Assembly: GCA_026004615.1 (NCBI GenBank)
Contig: BPJM01000013.1
Coordinates: 8,874-72,873, forward strand
Length of the DNA stretch: 64,000 bases
Direction: 5' to 3'
DNA from: Planctomycetota bacterium
GTDB taxonomy: Bacteria; Planctomycetota; J058; J103
Shown: positions 29,886-38,509 of the stretch, in pieces
Layout: every line of letters begins with the position of its first letter
Numbering within the stretch: the first letter of the stretch is position 1
Notes under the pieces: generated by a model
Seen by the model: the letters and a program-made list of their open reading frames with translations, nothing else
The model's database searches: none
What the model was told of the DNA's origin: nothing
Translations under genes and position numbers: made by a program

Positions 29886-31292
29886 TCAGCCCGTGGCGGC
29901 TATGGGTTGTGGCGCCGCCGCTGGACTCGTCCCCTGCTCGTCGCGGGCGCGTCCGTGTAGCCACGCGCGCAGCTCGCGCACCCGCTCGCGGGCCACCGCC
30001 TCGATCGGGCGCAGCTCCCGCCGGCGGACCGGGCGCAGCGCAAACGCTCCCGGCTGCTCCAGCACCTGTTCGATCCGCGGGCGGATGGTCTGCCACCGCG
30101 CGCGCAGGTCCGTCGCGCGCTCGCGCGTGGTGAGTTCCGCGGCGTGTACCTGTTCGAACAGCTCGTCGAGCTCGTAGGGAAGGAAGGCCGCGCGCTCGCG
30201 CACCAGCCACCGCGCAAGCAAAAAGCCGCCCACTGCGAAGGCGAGCGCGCACAGCGCCGCGATCGCGAGCCCGCGCGGGCCGAGGCTCGCCGATTGCCAC
30301 GCCCACCACAGTCCCGCGGACATGAGGGCGCTCACGGCCGACCAGGCGCCGAATACGCCGAGCCGGAAACGACGCGCCCGGCGTACCGCAGCGTCGAGCA
30401 CCGCCGCATACATGTGCAGCGCCTCCGCCCGCACGCCGAGCTCGGTCACCAGGTTGTCGAGATGGCGCTGCGGAGTGCGCAACACCTCGCGGACGACTTC
30501 GTCGCGGGTGGCGGCGAATCGCTCGGCGAACGCCCAGGGCTCGGCCGCTTCGGGCACCGGGACGAAGGTGGTGTAGATCATGGGCAGATCCTTGGTGGCG
30601 AGCACCTTGCCGAGGTTCCAGCACAGCGCGCCGTAGGCGCGGGCGAAGTCCGACAGGCTGCGAAACTGGTCCACCTTGTTGAACAGGATCAGCAGCTTGT
30701 GCTCGAAGTCGTAGAGCGCACGCGTCAGCACACCGAGGGTCTCGCCGGTCGTTCCCGGCTTGTCCGGATCGAAGAACAGCAGGATGAGGTCCGCGCGCTG
30801 GGCGAACCAGCGCACGGCGCCGGTGAAGTCGTAGCCGCGGTCCGATCTCTCGGGGCTCGATCCCGGCGAGTCGATCATGCCCGGCGAGTCGATCAACGTC
30901 ACGCGCTCGAGCGCCTGCAGCGGCCGCCCCTTGAGCCGCAGCCGCTTGACGAGGGCAGGCCCGAAGTGCGCGAGGCCGTCGAAGCCCAGCTCGGGATCCG
31001 TCACCACTGCCGCGCCGTCGCGATCCTCCTGGCGCGCGCTGTAGCGCAAGATGGTGAAGCTGTCGTCCGTCGGCGCCAGTCCGGTCTTCTGTACCGGCGC
31101 GCCGAGCAGGAAGTTGATGAAGGACGACTTGCCGCTGGAGTGGTTGCCGAGCACGAGCACCATCGGTTCGCCAGCGATCTCGCGATCGCGCAACGGTCGC
31201 GTGAACAGCGTGCGGGCCGCAACCGGATCGAGCAGCTCCCGCTGGATCGCATGGATTTGCTCGGCAAGCCGGCGCTCTACCTCGCGTGTCAT
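29886..31292 (-). CDS. EHD-like dynamin-superfamily NTPase with C-terminal TM hairpin
   Basis: 468 aa; P-loop GNHSSGKSSFINFLLG, LIDSPG(MIDSPG), RGYDFTGAVRWFAQRADLILLFFDPDK, NKVDQ, YGALCWNLGKV; helices FGAWSAVSALMSAGLWWAW and LAIAALCALAFAVGGFLLARWL. Confidence 0.85.
   Translation of the reverse strand: MTREVERRLAEQIHAIQRELLDPVAARTLFTRPLRDREIAGEPMVLVLGNHSSGKSSFINFLLGAPVQKTGLAPTDDSFTILRYSARQEDRDGAAVVTDPELGFDGLAHFGPALVKRLRLKGRPLQALERVTLIDSPGMIDSPGSSPERSDRGYDFTGAVRWFAQRADLILLFFDPDKPGTTGETLGVLTRALYDFEHKLLILFNKVDQFRSLSDFARAYGALCWNLGKVLATKDLPMIYTTFVPVPEAAEPWAFAERFAATRDEVVREVLRTPQRHLDNLVTELGVRAEALHMYAAVLDAAVRRARRFRLGVFGAWSAVSALMSAGLWWAWQSASLGPRGLAIAALCALAFAVGGFLLARWLVRERAAFLPYELDELFEQVHAAELTTRERATDLRARWQTIRPRIEQVLEQPGAFALRPVRRRELRPIEAVARERVRELRAWLHGRARDEQGTSPAAAPQPIAATG
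30862..30895 (-). repeat. 18-nt-period tandem direct repeat inside the NTPase gene (duplicates the IDSPG codons)
   Basis: cccggcgagtcgatca at 30862-30877 and again at 30880-30895 (16/18 identical per unit), in frame. Confidence 0.9.
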
Positions 31293-31872
31293 GGCGCGTC
31301 CTCCACGAGCCCGAAGCGGCTGCCCCTCGCGGCGCGGAGTCTACCCGATGGAGCGCGATCCGGAAAACGGGCACCCCCCCCGGCTTCGAAGCTCTGCGGG
31401 GCGCCTGGGAGGCAGGCAACGGGGCGAGGTCACAGCATCGGCGTGGGACGGGCCCGGCGGTGCACCGGGTCGTGCGGCCACCGGGCAGCCAGCTCGCCCC
31501 TGGGATGCGCCAGATCGTAGAGCGCAGCTGTGTCCTCGCAGCCTGCGTCGCGGCAGGCAGCGCCAGGGTTCGCAATCCGGGAGCCGGCACGCAACACGCC
31601 GGCCAGCCGGAAGCTTCCGGGGTGGTCCGGGCCGGGCTTGTCCACCGGTGAGGCCGCCGCAGAGGCGGCCCGCCGCGTTCTGCAAGCGGCGGCAGCCGGC
31701 GCGACCAGGCGAGCGCCGCGGTCGCGAGCGGGCGGCTCGAGATTCGTGAGCAGCAGGCGGCACCGACGCGCGGGATCCGGAGTTGCTGGAATGCCGCCGT
31801 CGGGAAAAGCGCGGCGAAAGGGCGCGCACCCCGGCCCGGCGAGGCGGCAGTGGCGAGCTTCAGGGCTTGCCA

Positions 31873-32739
31873 TCATTCGGCGGCTGGCGGCTGGTGTGCC
31901 ACGGGCCTGCACGCCTCGAGCGCCACCCACGCCTCCAGCTCGCCGAACCGCCCGCCGCTGCGCCAGTACAGCAGCCGGCGCTCACCCCCACCTGCGGGAA
32001 ACAGCGACAGCGCGATCGGCTCCCCGAATGCGCGCGCACCGAGCGGCGCCCGCGCGCCGGAACGCTCGATCTCGAAGAGTTGGCCGGAAGCTTCGATCTG
32101 CACCACCGGCTCGCCCCAGGCCCCGTCCGGCCCCCGTCGCAGGCGCAGAAAACCGTAGTGGCGACTGTCATGCACGACGGCGTCCTCGTGGTCGAGGATC
32201 TTCCAGTCACGCCAGCCGGCAGGTCTGTGCACCCCCGAGCGCTGGAGCCGTTCGCGCACCCAGCCTGCGGGGAAGGCCGACCTCTGGCCCGTACCCTCCG
32301 GCAGCGGTTCCGCTGCGGGCACGAGCACGGCGAGACGCACCTGGCGCGGCTCGGTGGCGGGTTGCGAGGGGATACCGAGCTCGATGCCCTCAGGGGCTGC
32401 CGGCTGCGGGGCGGGCATCCAGCCGTGCGGCCCGAAGGGCGCGACCGGCTCGCCGACCCAGTAGAGCTTGCCGAGCGGCGTCACGTAGTAGTCGTTGCGG
32501 GCAGGCGGAGGCGGGAGCTGCCTGCCCCCGTAAAATAGCCGCCCCACGCGGCCCTCGCTGCGCGTGCCCGGGTTGGTGATCGAGATTTCGTACCGCCACG
32601 GCCCCGCCTCGTAGACCCCGTCTCGGTCGGTAGCGATCCGCATGCCGCCGTCGCCTGCCGCCGGCCCCGCCCCGAGGAGCAGCGCGAGCAGCGCCCAGCA
32701 CGCCGCGGCATCCCGAGATCCAAGTCGCACGTATCCCAT
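31873..32739 (-). CDS. exported hypothetical protein
   Basis: 288 aa ORF; leader AAACWALLALLLGAGPAAG; Trp/Pro/Gly-rich but non-degenerate composition, no recognised motif. Confidence 0.55.
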   Translation of the reverse strand: MGYVRLGSRDAAACWALLALLLGAGPAAGDGGMRIATDRDGVYEAGPWRYEISITNPGTRSEGRVGRLFYGGRQLPPPPARNDYYVTPLGKLYWVGEPVAPFGPHGWMPAPQPAAPEGIELGIPSQPATEPRQVRLAVLVPAAEPLPEGTGQRSAFPAGWVRERLQRSGVHRPAGWRDWKILDHEDAVVHDSRHYGFLRLRRGPDGAWGEPVVQIEASGQLFEIERSGARAPLGARAFGEPIALSLFPAGGGERRLLYWRSGGRFGELEAWVALEACRPVAHQPPAAE

Positions 32740-33012
32740 GGCCGCCTCCAGCGGAGATCCGACGTTGGTAAGAAGACATGGTAGTCAGCAAGCGAACTCG
32801 GCCGCGAGTCTGCACCCGTACCTCGGGAGTCCGCGCGGCCGGCCCTGGGCGACAGCCTCTCGCTGCGCGGCCGCGGGCAGGGCGGGGCTTCCGGTTTCTC
32901 AGGGGAACGCTCGTCTTGCACCGGGAGGGCCCCTGCGCTACCCGCCCATCATCGGGGCTCGGCGCCGCGAGGGCGCCGCCCGCAGCCCGGACAGCAGCAG
33001 GGAGGACACGAC

Positions 33013-33813
33013 ATGTGGCTCTGTGGAGGGGAGCGGACGGCCGCGGCGAACCGGCGTGGTAGTGCCCGTCCGGCGCTGGCGGTCACGGCAGTGCTGGCGA
33101 GCGCGGGGCTGTTCGTCGCGTGCGGCGGCGGGGGCGGCGGAGGAGGAGGCGTGGGTGCCGACACGATCGCGCGGTTCACCGCCGTGCTCGGCAATCCGCC
33201 CACCGACCCCAGCCAGCCCGGGCTCGGGCTCGCCAATGCACCCGAGCTGACCGATGTCCTGAACGCGCTGTCGAACCTGCCGGTCGTCGAGGTGCAGATC
33301 GACACGGAGACGCCCGAGGAGTGGTGGATCTGCATCTGGGAGATCGACGATCGGATCCACAACGAAAAGTACACGGTGGGGGCGGCGATCTCACGCGACA
33401 GATCGGATCCCGACTACCTCGTGTGGCTGTCGCCGGAGATCGGCCCCCAGACGACCGAACTCGACATGCAGAGCAGCACGGCCGCGGGTACGGCCGGCCT
33501 CGTGCTGCAGGAGGACAACACCTTCTTCGCCGGGATCAGTCCGGATACGGCGGGCGACCAATACCACGTCGTGAGCAGCACCCCGACCGGGCAGACGGTT
33601 TATGTCTCGGCCTGCAAAACCGATTCGAACACGGGCATGCAGTATCACTACACCGCGCAGAAGGTAGACATCGATTTCGCGCTCAGCTCGAAGTTCGAGG
33701 ACGCGGGTTCGCCTCCCCTCGCGCACCAGGGCGCGATCCCCCCGGGCGCGCTCACCCAGACCACCGGTGCCGTGCCCTCGCTCCGGATCACGTACGAGGC
33801 GGGCTGCCCGTAG
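33013..33813 (+). CDS. lipoprotein, function unknown (lower-GC gene)
   Basis: ATG 33013 with ggagga SD; lipobox LFVAC followed by poly-Gly linker; Asp/Thr/Ile/Tyr-containing, non-degenerate composition. Confidence 0.65.
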   Translation: MWLCGGERTAAANRRGSARPALAVTAVLASAGLFVACGGGGGGGGGVGADTIARFTAVLGNPPTDPSQPGLGLANAPELTDVLNALSNLPVVEVQIDTETPEEWWICIWEIDDRIHNEKYTVGAAISRDRSDPDYLVWLSPEIGPQTTELDMQSSTAAGTAGLVLQEDNTFFAGISPDTAGDQYHVVSSTPTGQTVYVSACKTDSNTGMQYHYTAQKVDIDFALSSKFEDAGSPPLAHQGAIPPGALTQTTGAVPSLRITYEAGCP

Positions 33814-34304
33814 GCGGAGCGCGCACACCAGCGGCCGTTGCTCGCGGGGAGGGTGCAGGCGCCTGCAGCCCGTGACGCTCGTGCGACCGCCGCCGGTTCG
33901 AAAGTCGCGACGAGGCGGCATCTTCCCGGTGCAAGCATACTCTTTCCCCGCGGGGCTCGAAGCCGGCAGCCGCCTTGCGGAGGAGGGCGCGCTGATACTC
34001 GGCCGGCAACGTGCGGCGCACGGGGCGTTCGGATACGCCCGGATCCGGTGCTGCGGAGCGCTCCTCGGGCAGGGGCCGTCTCCTTGCCCCGGAGCCATGG
34101 GGGCGGTCGGCATGCCGCGCGTCATTCTCCGAGTTCGCCATGACCGCGTCCCGGCTCGCCCTCCCCTCTCGTAACCAAAGGGGCGGATTGCACCTTCCTC
34201 TCGGCGCGGAGGGAGTTGCCCGGGAGCGTCGCCGGCGGTACAGTCTCCGCCAACAAGCCTATAGCTCGCCGCACTCGCCCGCGGAAACTGGGGAGAGAAA
34301 ACCG

Positions 34305-35261
34305 ATGGCGATCAGCAAGGTCCGGGCCCTGGCGCTGCTGCCGTTCACCGGACGGGGTTCCGGTTACGCGAGCGCGGGCGACAACCTGCGCGCTTTCGCA
34401 GCGGGACTGGCGACGGCTTCCACCGCGCTCAAGAAGTACAGGGACGGCGGTGAGGTGACGCCGATCCTGCTGGCGCCGGAGTGGACGTTCAAAAAGAAGC
34501 AGGACGTCTACCGCTACGGCGAACTCGGCGAGATCTGCGAGGGGCTCACCAGGCTGAGCAAGCAGTACAGCGACCTTCTCATCTTCGCCGGTAGCATCCT
34601 GTGGGCGATCGAAGGCAAGGAAGAGGAGAAGCAGCAGAGGAAGTTCAACTTCAAAAATCTCAAGTTCGACGTCAAGTACTACTACCGGGACTACCTCATC
34701 GTCTACAACACGGCGCTGGTGTTGCGGGGCGGGGACATCGTCCACATCTACCACAAGACGCACGAGGGTCTCGACGTCGACCTGAAGCAGGTCCGCGCGG
34801 GAAGGGAGGTCTTCGCCTTCGACCCCGGAGAGGCCAAGGGCGAGAAGTACTGGAAGGCGTTCAAGGCCAGGTGCGAGACGGTGGACGCTTCCGGCAAGAA
34901 CCTCAAGCCGGTCATCGCCCACACGTTCGAGCACGAGGGCGTGACCTTCGGCGTCGAGATCTGCGCGGACCACTGCAACGCGACGCTCGCCAAGGCCGCC
35001 AGGCAGCCGGTCGACATCCAGGTCCTGGTGTCGTGCGGGGCGTGCTTTTCCTCCAGGGGGATGGCGGTTCGCAGGGGCGGGATCGCCCTGCACTGCGACG
35101 GCAATGCGGAGCCCCCGAAGAACGAGTTCGGGTTCACCGCCTTCGTGGTCGACGACGACAAGAAGCCGACGATCCCGAAGCCGTCGAAGGACGGCAAGAC
35201 CTTTTTCGGCGCCAAGGACGACCGGGTGGCGGTCTGGGATGAACTCCTCGCGCTCTGTTGA
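34305..35261 (+). CDS. divergent nitrilase-superfamily (carbon-nitrogen hydrolase, Glu-Lys-Cys) protein (lower-GC gene)
   Basis: ATG 34305 with ggggagag SD; ILLAPEW (Glu), YNTALVLRGGDIVHIYHKTHE (Lys), GVTFGVEICADH (Cys), VDIQVLVSCG, in canonical order; Lys-rich insertion and tail. Confidence 0.65.
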   Translation: MAISKVRALALLPFTGRGSGYASAGDNLRAFAAGLATASTALKKYRDGGEVTPILLAPEWTFKKKQDVYRYGELGEICEGLTRLSKQYSDLLIFAGSILWAIEGKEEEKQQRKFNFKNLKFDVKYYYRDYLIVYNTALVLRGGDIVHIYHKTHEGLDVDLKQVRAGREVFAFDPGEAKGEKYWKAFKARCETVDASGKNLKPVIAHTFEHEGVTFGVEICADHCNATLAKAARQPVDIQVLVSCGACFSSRGMAVRRGGIALHCDGNAEPPKNEFGFTAFVVDDDKKPTIPKPSKDGKTFFGAKDDRVAVWDELLALC

Positions 35262-35972
35262 CCTGCGCGTGCCAGCGCAGCTTGCTGCTGCACCGGCCTG
35301 GTGACAGCGCGGTACACGGGGAGACGGAGGGTCGGGCCTGGCGCATCGAGCGTCTGGTCCGGCGCGGCAACGCCTGGCGCCGCTGCCGCACGAGGCGACG
35401 CCGGCCCGCCCGGGGAGGGACGAGAACCCGCCGGGCGCCGTCGTCGATGACCGCTAGAGCGCGATCGTCTTTCCCGGCCGCGACGAGCGCAGGTTGGAGG
35501 CGGCTGGCGGTCGGACCGGGCGCGACGACGAGCAGGCCTGCCGGTGGGCCGCCGCGCGCCGGAGGTCGCGCCACCGGGGTTGCGGTGCGCCCGGATCCTG
35601 CGCAGACGCGCACCGCGGGCGCGCGGCACGCCTGAAGAGAAGACGACGCGGCCAGGCGTGGCGGCGGCTTGCCCGCACGCTCGGAGCCCTCCTCATGGTC
35701 TTGGCGGGGCGGTCGGCCCGGCGCGCGAGCCGCCGCGCACGCGGCGGCTGGACGGACAGCGGGGCGCGGCTCGCACGCCGGCGGCCCTCGGTGCGGCTCG
35801 CGACCTTCGGCGGCGGGTAGTTCCGGGTCGACCGTGGCATTCGTTCACGGTTGTATCGTAGAGATTTCATCGGATCGGAATGGCCCGGGTAGCCCAGGGC
35901 CGGCGGCTTGCGGCGTGTGGCGCCAAGATGGCCCTCGGTTTGCGTGGCCCCGGCCGGGGGAGGCTGGAGCGC

Positions 35973-36365
35973 ATGCAATCGCAGAGAGGTCACACCCTCG
36001 TCGAGCTGACCGCCGCCGCCGCCGTGCTCGCCATCGTGCTCGTGGGGCTGCTCGGGACCTTCGCCACCTCGTTGCGCAGCGACCGCGTCGAGCAGGACCG
36101 CCTGGTGGCGACCATGGCGGCGCGCGACGTGATGGAGCAGCTCGCGGCGCTGCCCTACGAGGACCTGCCGGCGCAGGATGGCCTCACCTTCCAGGTGCTC
36201 GGCATCCAGGGGCTGGCCGATCCGGAGATCGGGCGCATCACGGTGAGCGACGCGAGCGGCGGCAGTGGGGAGCTCTACGTGGTGGTGGTCGAGGTCGACG
36301 ATCCGGGCGGTACGGGGCGGGTGCCCTTCCAGTTCCGGCTCGAGACGCGGAGGGCCAAGCCGTGA
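35973..36365 (+). CDS. prepilin-type minor pseudopilin (GspI/PilV-like)
   Basis: ATG 35973 with gggggagg SD; MQSQRG/HTLVELTAAAAVLAIVLVGLLG cleavage-methylation motif with Glu+5. Confidence 0.75.
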   Translation: MQSQRGHTLVELTAAAAVLAIVLVGLLGTFATSLRSDRVEQDRLVATMAARDVMEQLAALPYEDLPAQDGLTFQVLGIQGLADPEIGRITVSDASGGSGELYVVVVEVDDPGGTGRVPFQFRLETRRAKP

Positions 36366-37015
36366 GCTGCCGGCAGGTGGCGCCGCGGGACGAACGGGGC
36401 TTCAGCCTGCTGGAGCTGGTGGTCGCCGGCGCGGTGCTGGTCGTGCTGCTCGGCCTGATCGGGGCGGTGCTCGCCGAGAGCGCCGAGCTGAGCGCCTCGC
36501 GCGGCGTGCTCATGCATGCCGAGACCGCGGCCCAGGCGCGGCTGTTCGACCTGCGGCTGGAGCTCATGGAGACCAACCCGGCGCACGTCTCGGTGCTCAG
36601 CTTCAGCGATCCGCTGCTGGCTGGCGGAGGGCCGCAGGCGGCGCTGGCCTTCTCCTCGGCGCGCGACCCCCAGGGCGCCTTCCAGATGTCCAACGGCCGC
36701 CCGGTCTGGCAGGCCGTCGTCGTGTACTGCCCCTATGGGGATCCGAACGAGGGCGGGCAGCTCCGCCGCTACGCCGACTACACGCCGCGCAGCTACCCGG
36801 TCTCGATCGTCTCGGTCGACGCCACCCAGATCCGGCTGAGCGATGGGACGGTGCTGCCGCGGGCGGGCGGCACGGTGCTGCTCGGGGACGTGGCCGGCTT
36901 CGGCGCCAGCGTCGGCCCGCCGGCGCAGGCGCAGCTGACGGTCCAGGTCCGCTATGGGCGCGGCACCGTCAGCCGCACGATCCGGATGGAGTCGACCGGC
37001 CGGAACAAGAACTGA
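36362..37015 (+). CDS. prepilin-type minor pseudopilin (GspJ/PilW-like)
   Basis: GTG 36362 overlapping previous stop (GTGA); ...DERG/FSLLELVVAGAVLVVLLGLIG. Confidence 0.75.
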   Translation: MSCRQVAPRDERGFSLLELVVAGAVLVVLLGLIGAVLAESAELSASRGVLMHAETAAQARLFDLRLELMETNPAHVSVLSFSDPLLAGGGPQAALAFSSARDPQGAFQMSNGRPVWQAVVVYCPYGDPNEGGQLRRYADYTPRSYPVSIVSVDATQIRLSDGTVLPRAGGTVLLGDVAGFGASVGPPAQAQLTVQVRYGRGTVSRTIRMESTGRNKN

Positions 37016-37053
37016 GATACCGGCCGCCGGCCGAGCACCAGGAGGCTCGAGCG

Positions 37054-38469
37054 ATGCGGAACGCAGGGCGACAGCGGAGCAGCGGGCGCCGGGGCCGCGA
37101 GCGCGGCTCGGCCCTGATCGTGACCACGGTCCTGGTCGGCATCGCGATGGTGTTCGCGGCGGCGACGCTCGCCCACACCGGGGCCAAGGCGAGCTACATC
37201 GAGGGGCACATCCGCTCGACGCGGGCGTTCTACGCCGCGGAGGCGGGCCTGGAGGAGGTGAAATATCGCGTCCGCAGCTCGGCGTACGACGCGCAGGGCA
37301 ATATCTGGCTGCGCAACAACTCCTCCCCGGGCGGCACCCACGCCATCGCGGCTCTGGCCGTCGGCGCAGCGACGGTCGACGTGTGGATCTACGAGCTGGG
37401 GACCGGCTGGCACCGCGTGGAGGCGACCGGCCGCGCCGGCTCGGAGACCTTCCGCCTCGCCATGGAGGTGACCGACCGCGACCCGTTCTCGCGCTACATG
37501 TTCTTCACCCACCTCGACGACATCAACTTCGGCACCAGCACGGTGCGCGGGGATGTCCACTCCAACCGCCGGGTGAACTTCTACTACGGCGGGGCGGTGA
37601 TGTACGGCAACGTGACCGCCTCGCGGGGGATCGGCTTTTATAGCGGCGCCAGCTGGCAGAACACCACCTTCTTCAAGGAGGTGGACGGTTCGGTCGCCCC
37701 GATCCCGTGGCCCAAGACCTCGGAGATCGCGACGCTGAAGCAGGACGCCGAGGGGCCGTACAAGGTCAGCAACGACAGCCCCTTCTACCAGGGGCTCGGC
37801 AACTTCCGCACCGAGCTGGAGCTGCTCGGCGACCTGGTGCGCATCCGTACCCGCCGCGCCTCCACCGGCCAGGTGCTCACGGATGCCACCTATCCATTGC
37901 CCGCCAACGGGTTGATCTACGTCGAGGGGCCGATCACCTCGCTCAAGGGGGACATCGCCGGGCGGCTCACGATCGCCACCCTGGACAGGGTGGACATTAC
38001 CGGCAAGATCCGGTACGTGGATGCCGACGGGGACCCGGCGTATCTGCTCTATCGCTACGGCGAGCCGGTGCCCGGCGGCGACACGCCGCCGGGGGTGGCC
38101 TGGAGCGCGGCCGCGGGCTACAGCTACGAGCAGAACCCGGCCTACGATCCCGCCGTGCCCTCGACCCTCGGCATCATGGCGCTCAACGACATCACCGTGA
38201 CCAGCGCCGCGCCCTACAACATGGAGCTGCACGCCGCGATCTTCTCCTCCCAGGGCAACTGGCACTGCGACCTGTCGCAGCGAAAGGGCAATCTGCGGGT
38301 CGTGGGCTCGATGACCCAGAAGCTGGGCGGCTGGCGCTACGACAGCCGGGGCTACGGCTGGGCGCAGTCGGGCGAGTACATCTACGACGAGGCGCTGCTG
38401 ACCCATCCGCCGGCCTTCTTCCTCGAGGCCAAGACGCCGGTGTTCGCGAGCTGGCGGCGCGGGGCGTGA
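37054..38469 (+). CDS. GspK/PilX-like large pseudopilin-associated protein
   Basis: ATG 37054 with ggagg SD; GSALIVTTVLVGIAMVFAAATLA anchor then RAFYAAEAGLEEV, long beta-rich C-terminal domain. Confidence 0.75.
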   Translation: MRNAGRQRSSGRRGRERGSALIVTTVLVGIAMVFAAATLAHTGAKASYIEGHIRSTRAFYAAEAGLEEVKYRVRSSAYDAQGNIWLRNNSSPGGTHAIAALAVGAATVDVWIYELGTGWHRVEATGRAGSETFRLAMEVTDRDPFSRYMFFTHLDDINFGTSTVRGDVHSNRRVNFYYGGAVMYGNVTASRGIGFYSGASWQNTTFFKEVDGSVAPIPWPKTSEIATLKQDAEGPYKVSNDSPFYQGLGNFRTELELLGDLVRIRTRRASTGQVLTDATYPLPANGLIYVEGPITSLKGDIAGRLTIATLDRVDITGKIRYVDADGDPAYLLYRYGEPVPGGDTPPGVAWSAAAGYSYEQNPAYDPAVPSTLGIMALNDITVTSAAPYNMELHAAIFSSQGNWHCDLSQRKGNLRVVGSMTQKLGGWRYDSRGYGWAQSGEYIYDEALLTHPPAFFLEAKTPVFASWRRGA

Positions 38470-38509
38470 GGGCGAGCGGTGGTCCGCGGCGCGAGGGAGC
38501 CCGGGCGCG

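Noticed and set aside
31430-31650. Minus-strand peptide ...CEDTAALYDLAHPRGELAARWPHDP..., reminiscent of the sulfatase C-terminal (W)xLYDLxxDPxExxNLA motif: possible gene remnant
   Set aside because: Only about 20 residues of loose resemblance recalled from memory, in a frame that is otherwise filler. This is too weak to call a pseudogene.
33013-33813. Lipoprotein (or any nearby small exported ORF) as a B/receptor-binding subunit partner of the ART (AB5-type toxin)
   Set aside because: It lies 5.4 kb away with other genes between, is 266 aa and lipidated rather than a ~100-130-aa OB-fold subunit, and the ART lacks the A2 linker and a signal peptide.
33890-33910. ggttcgaaag string resembling a tRNA T-loop; general scan for tRNA, tmRNA, rRNA and CRISPR repeats
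   Set aside because: No flanking acceptor, anticodon or T stems. No other T-loop-like sites, no rRNA-like stretches and no regularly spaced repeats were seen by eye. A tRNAscan/Infernal run would be needed for certainty.
33950-34045. Minus-strand peptide VSERPVRRTLPAEYQRAL, resembling the ...ERPHxxLGxxTPAEY... end of rve-type (IS3/IS481) transposases, next to the lower-GC nitrilase-like gene
   Set aside because: About 15 residues only, with no DDE core, no inverted repeats and no upstream transposase frame. It is suggestive of a decayed IS but not supportable without a frame-tolerant database search.
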